Of a DNA stretch of 64,000 nucleotides, positions 9,001 to 19,310 are shown piece by piece. The DNA comes from Capsulimonadales bacterium (GTDB taxonomy: Bacteria; Armatimonadota; Armatimonadia; Armatimonadales; Armatimonadaceae), in assembly GCA_033762295.1 (NCBI GenBank), contig JANRLW010000051.1, positions 1 to 64,000 of the forward strand, in the 5' to 3' direction. The position numbers and the translations under genes were made by a program. The notes beneath the pieces were generated by a model. That model made no database searches, was not told the DNA's origin, and saw only the letters and a list, made by a program, of their open reading frames with translations. How positions within the stretch are numbered: the stretch's first letter is position 1; every line of letters starts with the position of its first letter.

Positions 9001-9678
9001 TCAGAGCAATTCGGAGAGATCGGCATCTCCGACCGGAACGCCCGATACTTTTCGCTTGATGCGCGCGAGGGCATTGTCAACGGACTTGGTTTTGCAGCGC
9101 AGTTCGACGGCGATTTCGCGGTAGGATTTTCCGACCTGATATCCGGAAAGCACCCGCCATTCGAAATCGGAGAGCACTTGCTGGAGGGTATCGTGCAGTT
9201 GCCGGGTGTCCTCCGACCGCATCACGACCTCCTCCGGATTGATGGATTCGTCGCAGGTAAGGATGTCGGAGAGGTTCCAGTCGGCGGTCGGGTCTTCGGA
9301 GGGTGACTCCAGGGAAAGCGAGGTATTGAGCGGTTGCTGCTTCTGTCGGGTTGCCGTTTTAATGGCGGTAATGATATGACGTTGTATACAGACTTTGGCG
9401 AACGCGGGGAAGGAGATTGCCTTATCGCAACGGAAGTCCAGGACCGCCTGCCAGAGTCCGATCATGCCAACCTGCAACAGATCGTCCTTTTCCGCTCCGA
9501 CCAGGAAGTACGATTTAACTTTGGTCTTGACCAGGTTCCGGTATTTATAGAGCAGAAATTCGGCGGCGGGATTCTCCCCACGCTGTGCGCGGGCGACGAT
9601 CTCGCGGTCGGGGAGTTCCGCATACCGGAGCAGACTGGAACGGGGAACGTCGGTGAATGATTTCGTCGTTGGGATCAC
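9001..9678 (-). CDS. sigH: RNA polymerase sigma factor SigH family
   Basis: YFLVGAEKDDLLQVGMIGL, RHIITAIKTATRQKQQPLNTSLSL, LSDFEWRVL, GKSYREIA, KSVDNALARIKRK match Firmicute SigH signatures. Confidence 0.9.
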   Translation of the reverse strand: MIPTTKSFTDVPRSSLLRYAELPDREIVARAQRGENPAAEFLLYKYRNLVKTKVKSYFLVGAEKDDLLQVGMIGLWQAVLDFRCDKAISFPAFAKVCIQRHIITAIKTATRQKQQPLNTSLSLESPSEDPTADWNLSDILTCDESINPEEVVMRSEDTRQLHDTLQQVLSDFEWRVLSGYQVGKSYREIAVELRCKTKSVDNALARIKRKVSGVPVGDADLSELL

Positions 9679-10130
9679 GCCACGTATTCCTCAACAACGG
9701 CCGGGGCCGTGATTTTTTGGCTGAACGCCACGTCACCGGAAAAGCACCAGGGCGGAACCCGGTCCGACCCCTTCGTAACTAGACCTATGGTTTCGTGGTT
9801 CAGAGAGCGTTGACGGCAGCTACGTATTTTACGGCACTGTTCCCTCAAATTACGGGGAACCTCTCATGGTCTCATCCCCGTAGCGTACCGGGTGGCTCCG
9901 TCACGATTATACACCAAATTTCCGGGGCGCAACATTATTTTTCGCCGGTTTCGACAGAAATACGCAAAGTCGCGGTGTTCTCCGTCACTGAAATCGGTTT
10001 TGGTACGCGATAAACTCACCGGAGACGCATCCGGCGAAACGATTAGCAGGCGAACAACGCCACTTATGTTTTGAAGGTTACTCGAACGGATCGCGTCTAA
10101 ACGGGGAGAAAGCGAGAATGGTTATCAGCA

Positions 10131-10874
10131 ATGCCGGGAATCAACCTTCTGCGTACGACCGCCAGCCTGCTGCCGATGGGCGGTGAGGCGGCGATCAAGA
10201 CTGCGCTGACTATGCCCACTGCGTCCACTAGCGATTCCGGTTCCGTCCGAACGGCGGGACGCGCCGATGCGTATGAGGCCAACTCTGACGCCGCCCTCGC
10301 CCTGCAGGCGGCGGAAGGCGACATGGAGGCGTTTCGTGTGCTGGTCGAACGATACAAGCGGCCGATGGCGGCCCTGGTATCGCGGATCGCCGGAAACCCC
10401 GACGATGTGGACGATATCGTTCAGGAACTGTTTCTGCGGGCGTGGAAAGGACTCCCTCGCTTTCGGGGCGATGCCCAGTTCTCCACCTGGCTTTACCGGA
10501 TCGCCGTCAATACCGCCATAAAGCACCGATCCCGACACCGGAACGAAACGTCCCTTTCCCTTTCCACCGAGGAGATGAGCGGAGGGCTGGAGCGACTTTA
10601 CGTGCCGGAGGAGGCGACCCCCCACCAGGGCGGAGACCCTTTCCGCGCCGCCCATCGCAAGGAACGCGAACGGGCCGTGCGGGATGCCGTCCAGTCGCTG
10701 CCGGAAAAACAGCGCGCCGTCGTCGTCCTCCACTACTTCGAGGGCCACTCCTGCGAGGAGATCAGCAAGATCGTCGGCTGTTCGCTCGGCACCGTCTGGT
10801 CCCGACTGCACTACGCCTGCAAACGACTCAAGAGCGTGCTCGAATCGTCCGATGGTTCGGAAGGAATACTTTAA
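10131..10874 (+). CDS. ECF RNA polymerase sigma-70 factor
   Basis: DIVQELFLRAW, FRGDAQFSTWLYRIAVN, LPEKQRAVVVL...GTVWSRLHYA. Exact start uncertain. Confidence 0.9.
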   Translation: MPGINLLRTTASLLPMGGEAAIKTALTMPTASTSDSGSVRTAGRADAYEANSDAALALQAAEGDMEAFRVLVERYKRPMAALVSRIAGNPDDVDDIVQELFLRAWKGLPRFRGDAQFSTWLYRIAVNTAIKHRSRHRNETSLSLSTEEMSGGLERLYVPEEATPHQGGDPFRAAHRKERERAVRDAVQSLPEKQRAVVVLHYFEGHSCEEISKIVGCSLGTVWSRLHYACKRLKSVLESSDGSEGIL

Positions 10875-10943
10875 CGCCACCGACCGAACCGACGAGGGCG
10901 GATCTCCGGAATTTGTGATCGACGAATATTGTATACTATAAGA

Positions 10944-11927
10944 ATGCAAGCCATGATCGGGAAATTACGGAAGCGCTGGCAGTGCCAGAGAATCGCTCCG
11001 CTCCTGGTTCCGTTCTGCGAAAGCGAACTGCCGGAGCCGATGCGATCACGCGTCCTGTCGCATCTGGATCACTGCGAAGCCTGCCAGGAGCAACTGGCCG
11101 AAATCTCCGCGATGGGCGATTTCTTCCGCGCCAATCCGCCGACGCCGGCGTCGTCGCCGAACGATCTCTGGGCCAGGCTCGAACCCGCGATCCGCTCGAC
11201 CGGCTCGATCGGGACCACCGCCCCGATTCGCCGTCCCGTGACCGCCCGCCCCTCTCCGGCGACCCAGTGGCGTCGGGGCTTCATCGCGTTCGCGCAGGCC
11301 GCCCCGGCGGTCGCCGTGGTCGTCGCCGTTTTCCTGGTCGGTTTGGAGCGGTTCGGTCCCGCCTCGTCCGAACGTCCGTCGGCGGAACGACCGATCGCCC
11401 GCACCGCCCCGGATAGCCGCATCACTATCGTCCCCCTGCCCCGGCGCAGCCTCGACTCCGCATTACCCGGTAAACCCGGCAAGATGCTGGCCGCAGCCAC
11501 GCCTGCCACGAGCAAACCCCGGCCCGCGACCCGACCGACACCTTATAGCGTCAAACCCCGGATGATGGCGCGGACGACACCGGTTCGCGCACTCTCCGGC
11601 GGGCGGACGATCGCCCGCCGCGCGACGGAACCCACCGTCCCGGGTCTTTCCGTTGCCGGACGGACCGCATCCCCGGTTCTGACCCCGAAGGAGGCGCCCC
11701 GCGTCGTCGCGATGGCGAGCGAAACGATGTCGCGCTTCACTCTGCCTCTGCCCGATCCGGACGCCGCCATCGACGCCGTCCGGAGAGAAGGGCGATCCGA
11801 GGAGGAACGGTTCCGCACCGTGTCCTGGACACCGGGGGAGGACGAAAGCGTCCGCGCGGATTCAGCCGTCGAAACGGCCACCACCCTCTACCGCCAGCAG
11901 ACCATGTTCTCCTACGGGGCGCGGTAA
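10944..11927 (+). CDS. Zinc-finger (ZAS/zf-HC2) membrane anti-sigma factor
   Basis: HLDHCEAC motif, one TM (AVAVVVAVFLVGL), Pro/Arg/Ala-rich C-terminus; directly downstream of the ECF sigma. Confidence 0.8.
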   Translation: MQAMIGKLRKRWQCQRIAPLLVPFCESELPEPMRSRVLSHLDHCEACQEQLAEISAMGDFFRANPPTPASSPNDLWARLEPAIRSTGSIGTTAPIRRPVTARPSPATQWRRGFIAFAQAAPAVAVVVAVFLVGLERFGPASSERPSAERPIARTAPDSRITIVPLPRRSLDSALPGKPGKMLAAATPATSKPRPATRPTPYSVKPRMMARTTPVRALSGGRTIARRATEPTVPGLSVAGRTASPVLTPKEAPRVVAMASETMSRFTLPLPDPDAAIDAVRREGRSEEERFRTVSWTPGEDESVRADSAVETATTLYRQQTMFSYGAR

Positions 11928-11940
11928 GCGAGGCGGTCGG

Positions 11941-13812
11941 ATGCGCATCAATCTCCTTCGATTTTGTCATGGCAACGCGGTCCGCGTCTGTCTGCTCCGC
12001 GCTTATCGGGCCGCCGGGTCGCCCGCCGGATCGGGGAGTCTGGCCGTGGTCGCGATTTCGCTGCTTCCGGTCACCGGTCTTGCGCAGACGCCCGCCGCCC
12101 CTCCGTCTTCCGGGGAAGCGTACTCGCCGGAGACCCGGCCTCGTCCGGTACCGGCTTCCCCCCGTGCCGTGCCGAACGGCAAGATTGCGCCGCGCCCCCA
12201 CCCCCCGACCGGACTGCCCACCCCTTCGACCGTGCGGACCCTTCTGCGACAGGGAGACGATCGCGTTCGGGTGGCGGATATGCGGGGCGCAGCCCTCTGT
12301 TATGCCCGGGCGGCGGAAAATTCACCACGGGACCCGCTCATCCGTCTGGCTCTGGGCGTCACCCTCGCCGAACGGAACAGGCCGGAGGACGCCGTCTTCC
12401 AGTTCCGAAAGGCCGTCGAACTGGCCGAGGATGATGTGATTGCCGCCCTTCTGCTACGCAATGCCCTGATGGAACGAGGGGATAACGCCGAAGCGCAGGA
12501 CATCTACCTCGACACCTATCGCCGCTTCGGGCGGAAAACCGGCGGGTCACCGGACGCCACCACCTCCATCGTCCGGCTTCGGGCCGGGCTTCGGGAGAGT
12601 CCCGGTTCGCCTATCCTTCATCTGCTGCTCGGCGACGCCTGTCAGTTGTCCGAACGCTGGCCGGAGGCGGATGCGGCCTACGAGGAAGCGATCCGTCTCG
12701 CGCCGAACTGGGTCAAACCGCGCGTCAATCTCGGGCTGTCCCGCCTGGCGCAGAATCGGGCGGCGGAGGCGATCGCCCTGTTCGAAAAAGCGTTGAAGCT
12801 GGACCCGGGCAACGTCCAGGCCCAGTTGTGGAAGGGAGACGCCCAGCTTCGCACCGGTCAGAGCCGCCAGGCGATCACGACCTTTCAACGCGTTTCCAGG
12901 GTCGGTGCGGTACCGGTGACCATCGCCTCACAGGCAATGACCGGTATCGGACGAGCGTATGCCAATGTTCGCCAGGATACCCGGGCGCTGACCGCGCTGG
13001 ATGCCGCGCAGAAACTGGCGCCGAACGACCCGACCCCGTCCGCCGTCATCGGCGAGATCAACCTTCGGAACGGTGACGCGGAAGCGGCGGTCAGCGCGTA
13101 CGATACCGCTCTTCGCATCACCCGGGACGGCGGACTGTTCGCCCAGCGGCCCGTGCTGTACCGATCGCTGGCCGAGGCGTTGCTCTCCGCCGGGAACGCA
13201 CGGCGGGCGGAGGAGGTGCTGGCGCAGGCGTTGACCGAGGAGCCGGGTCAGGCCTCGCTCTGGCACCGACTGCTCGCGCATGTCGCCCTGAAATCCGGCG
13301 ACCCGGACGCGGCGCGACGTCACCTTAGGAACGCACTCGAGGCCGCCACCGGTCCCTATCCGCTGGAAACGCTCCGGGCGATCGACGCCCAGGGATTTCT
13401 CACCGAGTTTCGGGCCGAATACCGCAAACAGCGGGAGTTGCAGACGGTCGGACGCTATCAGGAGACGGGGAAGAACGGGGTCGAGATTACGGTGTACGGC
13501 CGGAATGCCACCAATCGAGGCATGCGTATCTCCGCCACTGCCGCCCTGGCGAACATCGCGCGTTATCGGAACGAGACCACGGAGGAGATCACCCTGCGAC
13601 GGGAACTTACCGCCCTGAGGGAAAACCCCTGGGACTGGTTCCTTCTGGCCGAGATCTACGACCGGCAATCGGGAGAATCCGGCAACGCCCGCGAAGCGTA
13701 CCTCCGTGCGCTGGAGCAGAACGCGCGGACCGGTGGCCTGACCGAGGCGGCGTTACAGTGGGCAAAGAAGCGGAACGCCGTTCTCACCGAAACGAGCTAC
13801 AAGCCGAAATAG
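11941..13812 (+). CDS. Exported tetratricopeptide repeat protein
   Basis: Signal-like segment (...PVTGLAQ) followed by many TPRs (YEEAIRLAPNW, FEKALKLDPGN). Confidence 0.85.
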   Translation: MRINLLRFCHGNAVRVCLLRAYRAAGSPAGSGSLAVVAISLLPVTGLAQTPAAPPSSGEAYSPETRPRPVPASPRAVPNGKIAPRPHPPTGLPTPSTVRTLLRQGDDRVRVADMRGAALCYARAAENSPRDPLIRLALGVTLAERNRPEDAVFQFRKAVELAEDDVIAALLLRNALMERGDNAEAQDIYLDTYRRFGRKTGGSPDATTSIVRLRAGLRESPGSPILHLLLGDACQLSERWPEADAAYEEAIRLAPNWVKPRVNLGLSRLAQNRAAEAIALFEKALKLDPGNVQAQLWKGDAQLRTGQSRQAITTFQRVSRVGAVPVTIASQAMTGIGRAYANVRQDTRALTALDAAQKLAPNDPTPSAVIGEINLRNGDAEAAVSAYDTALRITRDGGLFAQRPVLYRSLAEALLSAGNARRAEEVLAQALTEEPGQASLWHRLLAHVALKSGDPDAARRHLRNALEAATGPYPLETLRAIDAQGFLTEFRAEYRKQRELQTVGRYQETGKNGVEITVYGRNATNRGMRISATAALANIARYRNETTEEITLRRELTALRENPWDWFLLAEIYDRQSGESGNAREAYLRALEQNARTGGLTEAALQWAKKRNAVLTETSYKPK

Positions 13813-13833
13813 GTCCGCCCGCGACGGGCGGAC
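13813..13833. terminator. Hairpin between convergent genes
   Basis: GTCCGCCCG-cga-CGGGCGGAC between the stops at 13812 (+) and 13849 (-). Confidence 0.55.
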
Positions 13834-13848
13834 GGACCTCAGGACCGC

Positions 13849-15060
13849 TCAAACCACGTCGTCGAAATCCTCCGTAAACAGCGGACCTGCCGGTTCATCG
13901 GTTCCGACCGGGGCGTCCGGAAACTCGACCCCTTCCTCTTCGATCGCAAAACCGGGCATTATCTCCGACGGAAAGTTTTCGAAGTCCGGGAAATCCGCCG
14001 GAACGGATTCGATCAACGGAAAATCGGGGATCGTCGCCATCGCCAGCGGGACCTCCGTGAAATCGAGCAGTCCCTTCATTCCGAGTGGCCGGATCAAGCG
14101 GTTCGCATACTTTTTGCCGATCAGGATCACCGGTTTGGTTTTCGCCCCTCCGGCTTTCGTTCCGGCAACGCGCGGGCTCGGCGTTCGAACCGTCCAGCCG
14201 ATCTCCGCGCTGCGACAGATCACCTCCAGCGCGGTCGCCAGCGGGACGTTTTCGAACGTAAACGAGCGTTTGACGTTCTCCGGAACATCCTCTTCCAGCG
14301 CGTAATCAACCTCCGCCTGTTTCAGGACGTCCTTCAGCGCATCGCGAATATCGGCATTGCGAACGTCCAGTTTGACGCGGGTATCGGGCAGTCCGGCGCT
14401 GTTCAACCCCAGCACTCGTAAGGTAGGTCCCGTGCTCAGGCGGATGGCGTCCTGCGCCACCCGCATCGCCTGCTCGACCTGGGCTTTTCTCTCCCGGTCC
14501 AGCCGGAACGCGTCGACATCGTGCCGGGCTTTTCTCTCCTGATCCAGCCGGAAGGTATACGTCGACTGCCCCGGCGACCCGGCGATGGCGAAATCGCCGT
14601 ACCGGGCAACCTTTCCGATCTTCAGGGATACGCTCTCCCGGTCGCCGGACCGTGTTCTGGTCAGACGGTAGCCGACTCCGGCCTCCTGGGTCAGATACCC
14701 CAGCACGACCGAGGCGGGCACGTTCTTCATGGTCACGGTGATCGTTCGGTCTTTCGGCACATCACCGTCGACCTCGCAGGCAACGCCGATCCGTTCGGCC
14801 AGTTTCCTGAACGCGTCCGCGATCGGCATATTCTCGACTTCGAAGTCCACCTTTTTGCGCAGTTCCGGCGCGTTCCGGTTACTCAGCAACGTCATACCGT
14901 CTCCTACATAGACGGCGCTCACCGGGATTTCGGGAATCGGCGGAACCGGGGGAACGGCGGGTTCCTGTGCGTGCGCGGCCCCGGTCGTCAACAGCGTTCC
15001 GGCCAGCAACAGACCGGCGACCGGTCGGGACACCGTGACAACGGGAATTCGTATTCGCAT
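13849..15060 (-). CDS. Exported protein with two STN/secretin-N0-like domains
   Basis: Signal peptide ending AHA-Q; two related domains KVDFEVENMPIADAFRKLA...ITVTMKNVP...L and RVKLDVRNADIRDALKDVL...SFTFENVPLATAL; acidic tail; start by AGGA RBS. Confidence 0.75.
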   Translation of the reverse strand: MRIRIPVVTVSRPVAGLLLAGTLLTTGAAHAQEPAVPPVPPIPEIPVSAVYVGDGMTLLSNRNAPELRKKVDFEVENMPIADAFRKLAERIGVACEVDGDVPKDRTITVTMKNVPASVVLGYLTQEAGVGYRLTRTRSGDRESVSLKIGKVARYGDFAIAGSPGQSTYTFRLDQERKARHDVDAFRLDRERKAQVEQAMRVAQDAIRLSTGPTLRVLGLNSAGLPDTRVKLDVRNADIRDALKDVLKQAEVDYALEEDVPENVKRSFTFENVPLATALEVICRSAEIGWTVRTPSPRVAGTKAGGAKTKPVILIGKKYANRLIRPLGMKGLLDFTEVPLAMATIPDFPLIESVPADFPDFENFPSEIMPGFAIEEEGVEFPDAPVGTDEPAGPLFTEDFDDVV

Positions 15061-15123
15061 AGACTTTCCTCGAACTTTATCGTATTTCATGATGGCGTTT
15101 ACTTTCGATAACAATCAACCGCT

Positions 15124-15975
15124 TCAATCAGCGGGAGTATTTGCTGGCTGGTAGGCCATTTCCACGACCGCCGGGGTATAGGAGACCTCCGTCCCGTCCG
15201 GGCTGGTCTGCGTGATAACGACGGGGACGAGCACCCGCCCGTCCTCGGTCGCGTAGACCTCCGGTGCGGCGGTGGCGGCGATCGCGGCGACAGGCGCGTC
15301 TTTTTTCCCGCTGGTGGCATTTTCCGGCGCGAGTTTCGCCGATTCGCGCTCCGCATCGCCCACCTTCCGAACGTCCCGACTTTCGAGACGGGCATACGAC
15401 CGTCGATAGCGGGGTTTCGGGCGGGATGCGGTCCGCCGGAGGGTCGCCGGGCCGACTCGCCCGGCGCGTTCAGCCCGGGCCGTAACCCGGTCCGCCGTCT
15501 CCGCCGTTCCCTTGCCGGGTCGCTTCCGAGCGGCGGCGAACGATTCGGGCGAGTCGGTTTGCCCGGAATCGGGGGAACCGACCTCCGCCGACGGGCGGCT
15601 CTCCTGTCCTGCCGTTTTCGTTGACCCGGTCGTTTCCGTCGTCTCCGTCGTCTCCGTCGTTCGGGCGGCGAACGGTTCGAGCGGCGCTTCGGTCGCCCGT
15701 TCGAGGACCGGCATCCTGCCGGTAAGCGCAAACAGGGCGCAGGCGGCGGCGACTCCGGCAGTCGAAATCGTTCCCAGACCCCACCAGAGCCGGGCGTGTG
15801 GTTCCATTCGTCGTCGTGCCGGGAGTTCGCGTTCGATACGCCGTTGCGCGCGCTCGATGAAATCGCCCGGCGGCGTGTCGGGGGTCCAGGCCGACGCCTG
15901 TCGAAGCAGGCGTTCCGTTTTTTCCCGGCGGCGCTCCGGAGTGTCGGGCTGCCTCGGATTTGGCAGTGCTGTCAT
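15124..15975 (-). CDS. Putative single-pass anti-sigma factor
   Basis: 4-nt overlap with the upstream ECF sigma; one TM (LWWGLGTISTAGVAAACALFAL); low-complexity C-terminus. Confidence 0.65.
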   Translation of the reverse strand: MTALPNPRQPDTPERRREKTERLLRQASAWTPDTPPGDFIERAQRRIERELPARRRMEPHARLWWGLGTISTAGVAAACALFALTGRMPVLERATEAPLEPFAARTTETTETTETTGSTKTAGQESRPSAEVGSPDSGQTDSPESFAAARKRPGKGTAETADRVTARAERAGRVGPATLRRTASRPKPRYRRSYARLESRDVRKVGDAERESAKLAPENATSGKKDAPVAAIAATAAPEVYATEDGRVLVPVVITQTSPDGTEVSYTPAVVEMAYQPANTPAD

Positions 15976-16697
15976 CGGCTGTAACCTCTTTCCATTTCGA
16001 CGGCGCAGGGCGATCCGACCGGAGGCCGAACGGCCCGGCGGATGGCCGCCTGACGCTCGTTGCCGGGCGTTCGCTCGGGGAAATCCTCCCAGTCGCTTGC
16101 GATCGGCGGTTCGGATTCGAGGGTGGGGTTCCAGTCGGCCAGGGTTCGTTCCAGGCGTCTGAGGCCCGCTTTCACCCGACTGCGCACGGTCGACTCCGGA
16201 AGCCCTTCCAGGCGCGCGACCTCGGCCAGGGAGAATCCCTCAAAAAACATCAGCCAGATCGGCACCCGTTCCTGCGCTTTCAACCGGGCCACCTCCCTCC
16301 GCACCTGCCGCTGCATCTCCCGCTGCTGCGTCTCCTCGCTCGGTCCGGGCAGGGGAAGCGCGATGTCACTTTCCCGCCCGGTATCCCGGTGGGAGAAGAT
16401 CGCGCCCCAGGAAAGCACCCGGCGTTTCCACGCCGAGCGGACATGGTCGTGCGCCACATTGAGGGCGATGCGACACAGCCAGGCGCCGAAGGGCGCATCC
16501 CCGCGGTAGGTCGGCAACGCGGTCCAGGCTTTCAGGATCGCCTCCTGCGCCAGATCGTCCGTATCCGACCCGTTCCCGGTCACGGTCGCCACCGTCCGCC
16601 AGACCCGCAGACGGTGCGCTTCGCAGAGCCGGGCAAAGGCGCGGTTGTCCCCGGCCTTTGCCGACCGCAAAAGATTTTTCTCGTTCTCGATTTCCAA
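15972..16697 (-). CDS. ECF RNA polymerase sigma-70 factor
   Basis: DDLAQEAILKAW, YRGDAPFGAWLCRIALN, EGFSLAEVARL...STVRSRVKAG. Confidence 0.9.
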   Translation of the reverse strand: MEIENEKNLLRSAKAGDNRAFARLCEAHRLRVWRTVATVTGNGSDTDDLAQEAILKAWTALPTYRGDAPFGAWLCRIALNVAHDHVRSAWKRRVLSWGAIFSHRDTGRESDIALPLPGPSEETQQREMQRQVRREVARLKAQERVPIWLMFFEGFSLAEVARLEGLPESTVRSRVKAGLRRLERTLADWNPTLESEPPIASDWEDFPERTPGNERQAAIRRAVRPPVGSPCAVEMERGYSR

Positions 16698-16826
16698 GGC
16701 CCTCTCACTTCCTAGGACGACCCGGACGGAGGATTCCGCGAAAAATTTCGGTGGCGATTTTGTGAGATTCCGTCGATTTAATGCGGACTTAACCTATTTT
16801 CGGGCGATCTCGGATAGAAAAGGCAT

Positions 16827-18485
16827 ATGCGTTACCGGTCATCCGCTTTTCGAATCGTCGTCTGGCGTTTCGCCCTTCTTTCTCTGTTGGTATCGGCATC
16901 GTGCCTTCGTCCGGCGTTCGCGCAGGCGCCTGCGCCCAACCCGCCGCAGACCGTTCACGGCTGGCTGGTTCACTGGCCGGACCCCGCCTACCTGGACCGG
17001 GTTCTGGCCGCCGCGCCCCGGTACGGCGTCAACCATCTGGAACTCTCCCATGACATCATCATGCAGATCGATGAGGCGACGGAGAATGCGGAGCGGGGTC
17101 GGCTGATCGAATCGGTGGCGAAACGGGCGAAGGCGCAGGGAATCAAAACGTTTGTCTGGGCGCATGAAATCAACACGCGCGACAAAAACGCGCCGCTCGA
17201 CCCGGAATCCCCCGCCGGCAAGGCGTTCTGGGAGGGTCGCCGGGAGGCGTATCGTCGAACGCTGGCCGCCTGTCCGTCGGTCGAGGGTGTGGTCCTGATG
17301 TTCGGCTCCTCGCCGCTCGAGGTCTGGGACCGTCCGTCGACTCCCGGTCAGGGGGACGGATGGCAGCGGCGCACTCCGGCCGAGCGCATTCGCTTCATCA
17401 CGGACCTGGTCGGGGGCGTCGTCCGCGAGGAAGCGAAAAAGGCGCTGTTCGTCCGCGACTTCAACCATGGCCCCGCGCAGCTGGCGTCCATTCTGGAAGC
17501 GCTCAAAAACGACCGTCGGATCACGATCATCTCCAAGGCCGAACCGCAGGACTTCCAGCCGTTCTATCCGCACTCGTTTACCCTGGGCGCGTACGGTGCC
17601 ACACCGCAGATCGTTGAGATCGATCTTTGCGGCGAGTACTGGGGTCAGTCGGTCATTCCAATCTCGCTGGCGGAGTACCTTCCGTTCCGCCTGAAGTATG
17701 ACCAGGGCAAGGGAACCGTCGGTGCGGTCGGACGAGTGGACTGTTATTCCAATTCCGCCCTCGGTACCCCGGCCGAACTGAACCTGCACGCTTTCCGCCG
17801 CGCCCTGACCGACCGCGACATCACCGCCGACCGCATCCATGCCGAATGGATTGAGAACCGCTACCGCCTGAAGCCGGGTTCCGCCGGAGCCGCGAAACTG
17901 ACCGGGATTTACACCCGCAGCTGGACGATGGCGAAAAAGATGTACTATACACTGGGCTTCTGGACCTGGAAGAGTCAGTCGAGCATTCCGGAGAACTCCC
18001 GGAGCATCGACGGCGGCATTGCAGGGAAATCCTCCGCTCTCTGGGACCCGGCGCAAAAAGCGACGGAGCAGCGGCTCATTCGGCCTGACGGCGCGACCTT
18101 CCGCGAGATCGCCGCCGAAAAAGCGGAAGCCGTCGCTCTGGCGCGGGAAAATCTGGCCGCGCTTCCCAGTCTGAAGCAGGATCTGTCGGCGGCGGATTAC
18201 GCCGAATGGGAGCGGTATCTTGCCCTGACGGTCGATCTGGCCCGCACCTACGAAGCGTTCAACCTGGCCTACTGGCGGTTGAAACTGGCGGAGCATGCCC
18301 CGGCCGACCCGGACGCGGCCCGCTCCCGGGTTCGGGAGGCGATCGACTCGCTGACCCCCCTGTCGGATCATCTGTCGTTGCGCTGGGCGGACCTCCGGGC
18401 GGTCGTTCGGCAGGTTCCCCGCCTGAAAGCGTTCCAGGCCGACCTTCGCGCGCGGTTCGAGCGGCTGCCGTCCGCGACTCCGTAA
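16827..18485 (+). CDS. Exported hypothetical protein, possible glycoside hydrolase-like fold
   Basis: 552 aa with signal peptide (AFA-Q); alternating alpha/beta pattern; no family recognised with confidence. Confidence 0.7.
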   Translation: MRYRSSAFRIVVWRFALLSLLVSASCLRPAFAQAPAPNPPQTVHGWLVHWPDPAYLDRVLAAAPRYGVNHLELSHDIIMQIDEATENAERGRLIESVAKRAKAQGIKTFVWAHEINTRDKNAPLDPESPAGKAFWEGRREAYRRTLAACPSVEGVVLMFGSSPLEVWDRPSTPGQGDGWQRRTPAERIRFITDLVGGVVREEAKKALFVRDFNHGPAQLASILEALKNDRRITIISKAEPQDFQPFYPHSFTLGAYGATPQIVEIDLCGEYWGQSVIPISLAEYLPFRLKYDQGKGTVGAVGRVDCYSNSALGTPAELNLHAFRRALTDRDITADRIHAEWIENRYRLKPGSAGAAKLTGIYTRSWTMAKKMYYTLGFWTWKSQSSIPENSRSIDGGIAGKSSALWDPAQKATEQRLIRPDGATFREIAAEKAEAVALARENLAALPSLKQDLSAADYAEWERYLALTVDLARTYEAFNLAYWRLKLAEHAPADPDAARSRVREAIDSLTPLSDHLSLRWADLRAVVRQVPRLKAFQADLRARFERLPSATP

Positions 18486-18595
18486 CCCGGAACGAAGGGC
18501 GGCACCGTTTTCGTGCCGCGGACGGGTATACTTTCCCCGGCGCGATAACGCCCGACCATCACGAACGAAACGGAAACTTCGGAGGAAACGAAATC

Positions 18596-19207
18596 ATGGC
18601 CGAACATACCCTGCCGCCGCTTCCCTACCCCTACGATGCCCTCGCCCCGGTCATCAGCCAGGAGACGATGGAGTTCCATCACGACAAGCACCATGCGACC
18701 TACGTGACGAACCTGAACAATGCGCTGAAGGAGTCTCCGGACCTGCAGGCGAAGAGCATCGAGCAGCTTTTGAAAGATATCGATGCCGTTCCGGCCTCGA
18801 TCAAACAGGCGGTCATCAACAATGGCGGCGGCCATCACAACCACACGCTGTTCTGGGAGATCATGACTCCCGGCGGCGCGAAGGAACCGGCCGGCGAACT
18901 GGCGACCGCGATTCAAACCGCCTTCGGCAGCCTCGACGAGTTAAAGGCGAAGATGAACGATGCGGGCGCGAAGCGGTTCGGTTCCGGCTGGGCCTGGCTG
19001 GTGGTCAGCGGCGGACAGCTGGAAGTGACCTCCACCGCGAACCAGGACTCCCCGTTGATGGAGGGCAAGACGCCGATCCTGGGCGTCGATGTCTGGGAGC
19101 ATGCCTACTATATCGACTATCGCAACCGCCGCCCGGACTATCTGAAGTCCTGGTGGGATGTCGTCAACTGGGATAAGGTCGCCGAACTCTACGCCGCCGC
19201 AAAGTAA
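18596..19207 (+). CDS. sodA: Superoxide dismutase [Mn/Fe]
   Basis: [55 protein letters not shown] and NQD residues favour Mn-type. Confidence 0.95.
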   Translation: MAEHTLPPLPYPYDALAPVISQETMEFHHDKHHATYVTNLNNALKESPDLQAKSIEQLLKDIDAVPASIKQAVINNGGGHHNHTLFWEIMTPGGAKEPAGELATAIQTAFGSLDELKAKMNDAGAKRFGSGWAWLVVSGGQLEVTSTANQDSPLMEGKTPILGVDVWEHAYYIDYRNRRPDYLKSWWDVVNWDKVAELYAAAK

Positions 19208-19230
19208 GCGCGAACGACCGAGCGCGTCTG

Positions 19231-19271
19231 CGGGAAGCCGGGCGGAGGGTCCGCCCGGCTTCCCGTTTTTT
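19231..19271 (+). terminator. Rho-independent terminator after sodA
   Basis: CGGGAAGCCGGGCGGA-ggg-TCCGCCCGGCTTCCCG then TTTTTT. Confidence 0.9.
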
Positions 19272-19310
19272 CGGACTCCGTTCCTGTCCCATGGTATCCT
19301 CAAAGGCGTT

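Noticed and set aside
15630..15662. 9-bp repeat encoding TTETTETTET
   Set aside because: Ordinary low-complexity linker in the anti-sigma tail.
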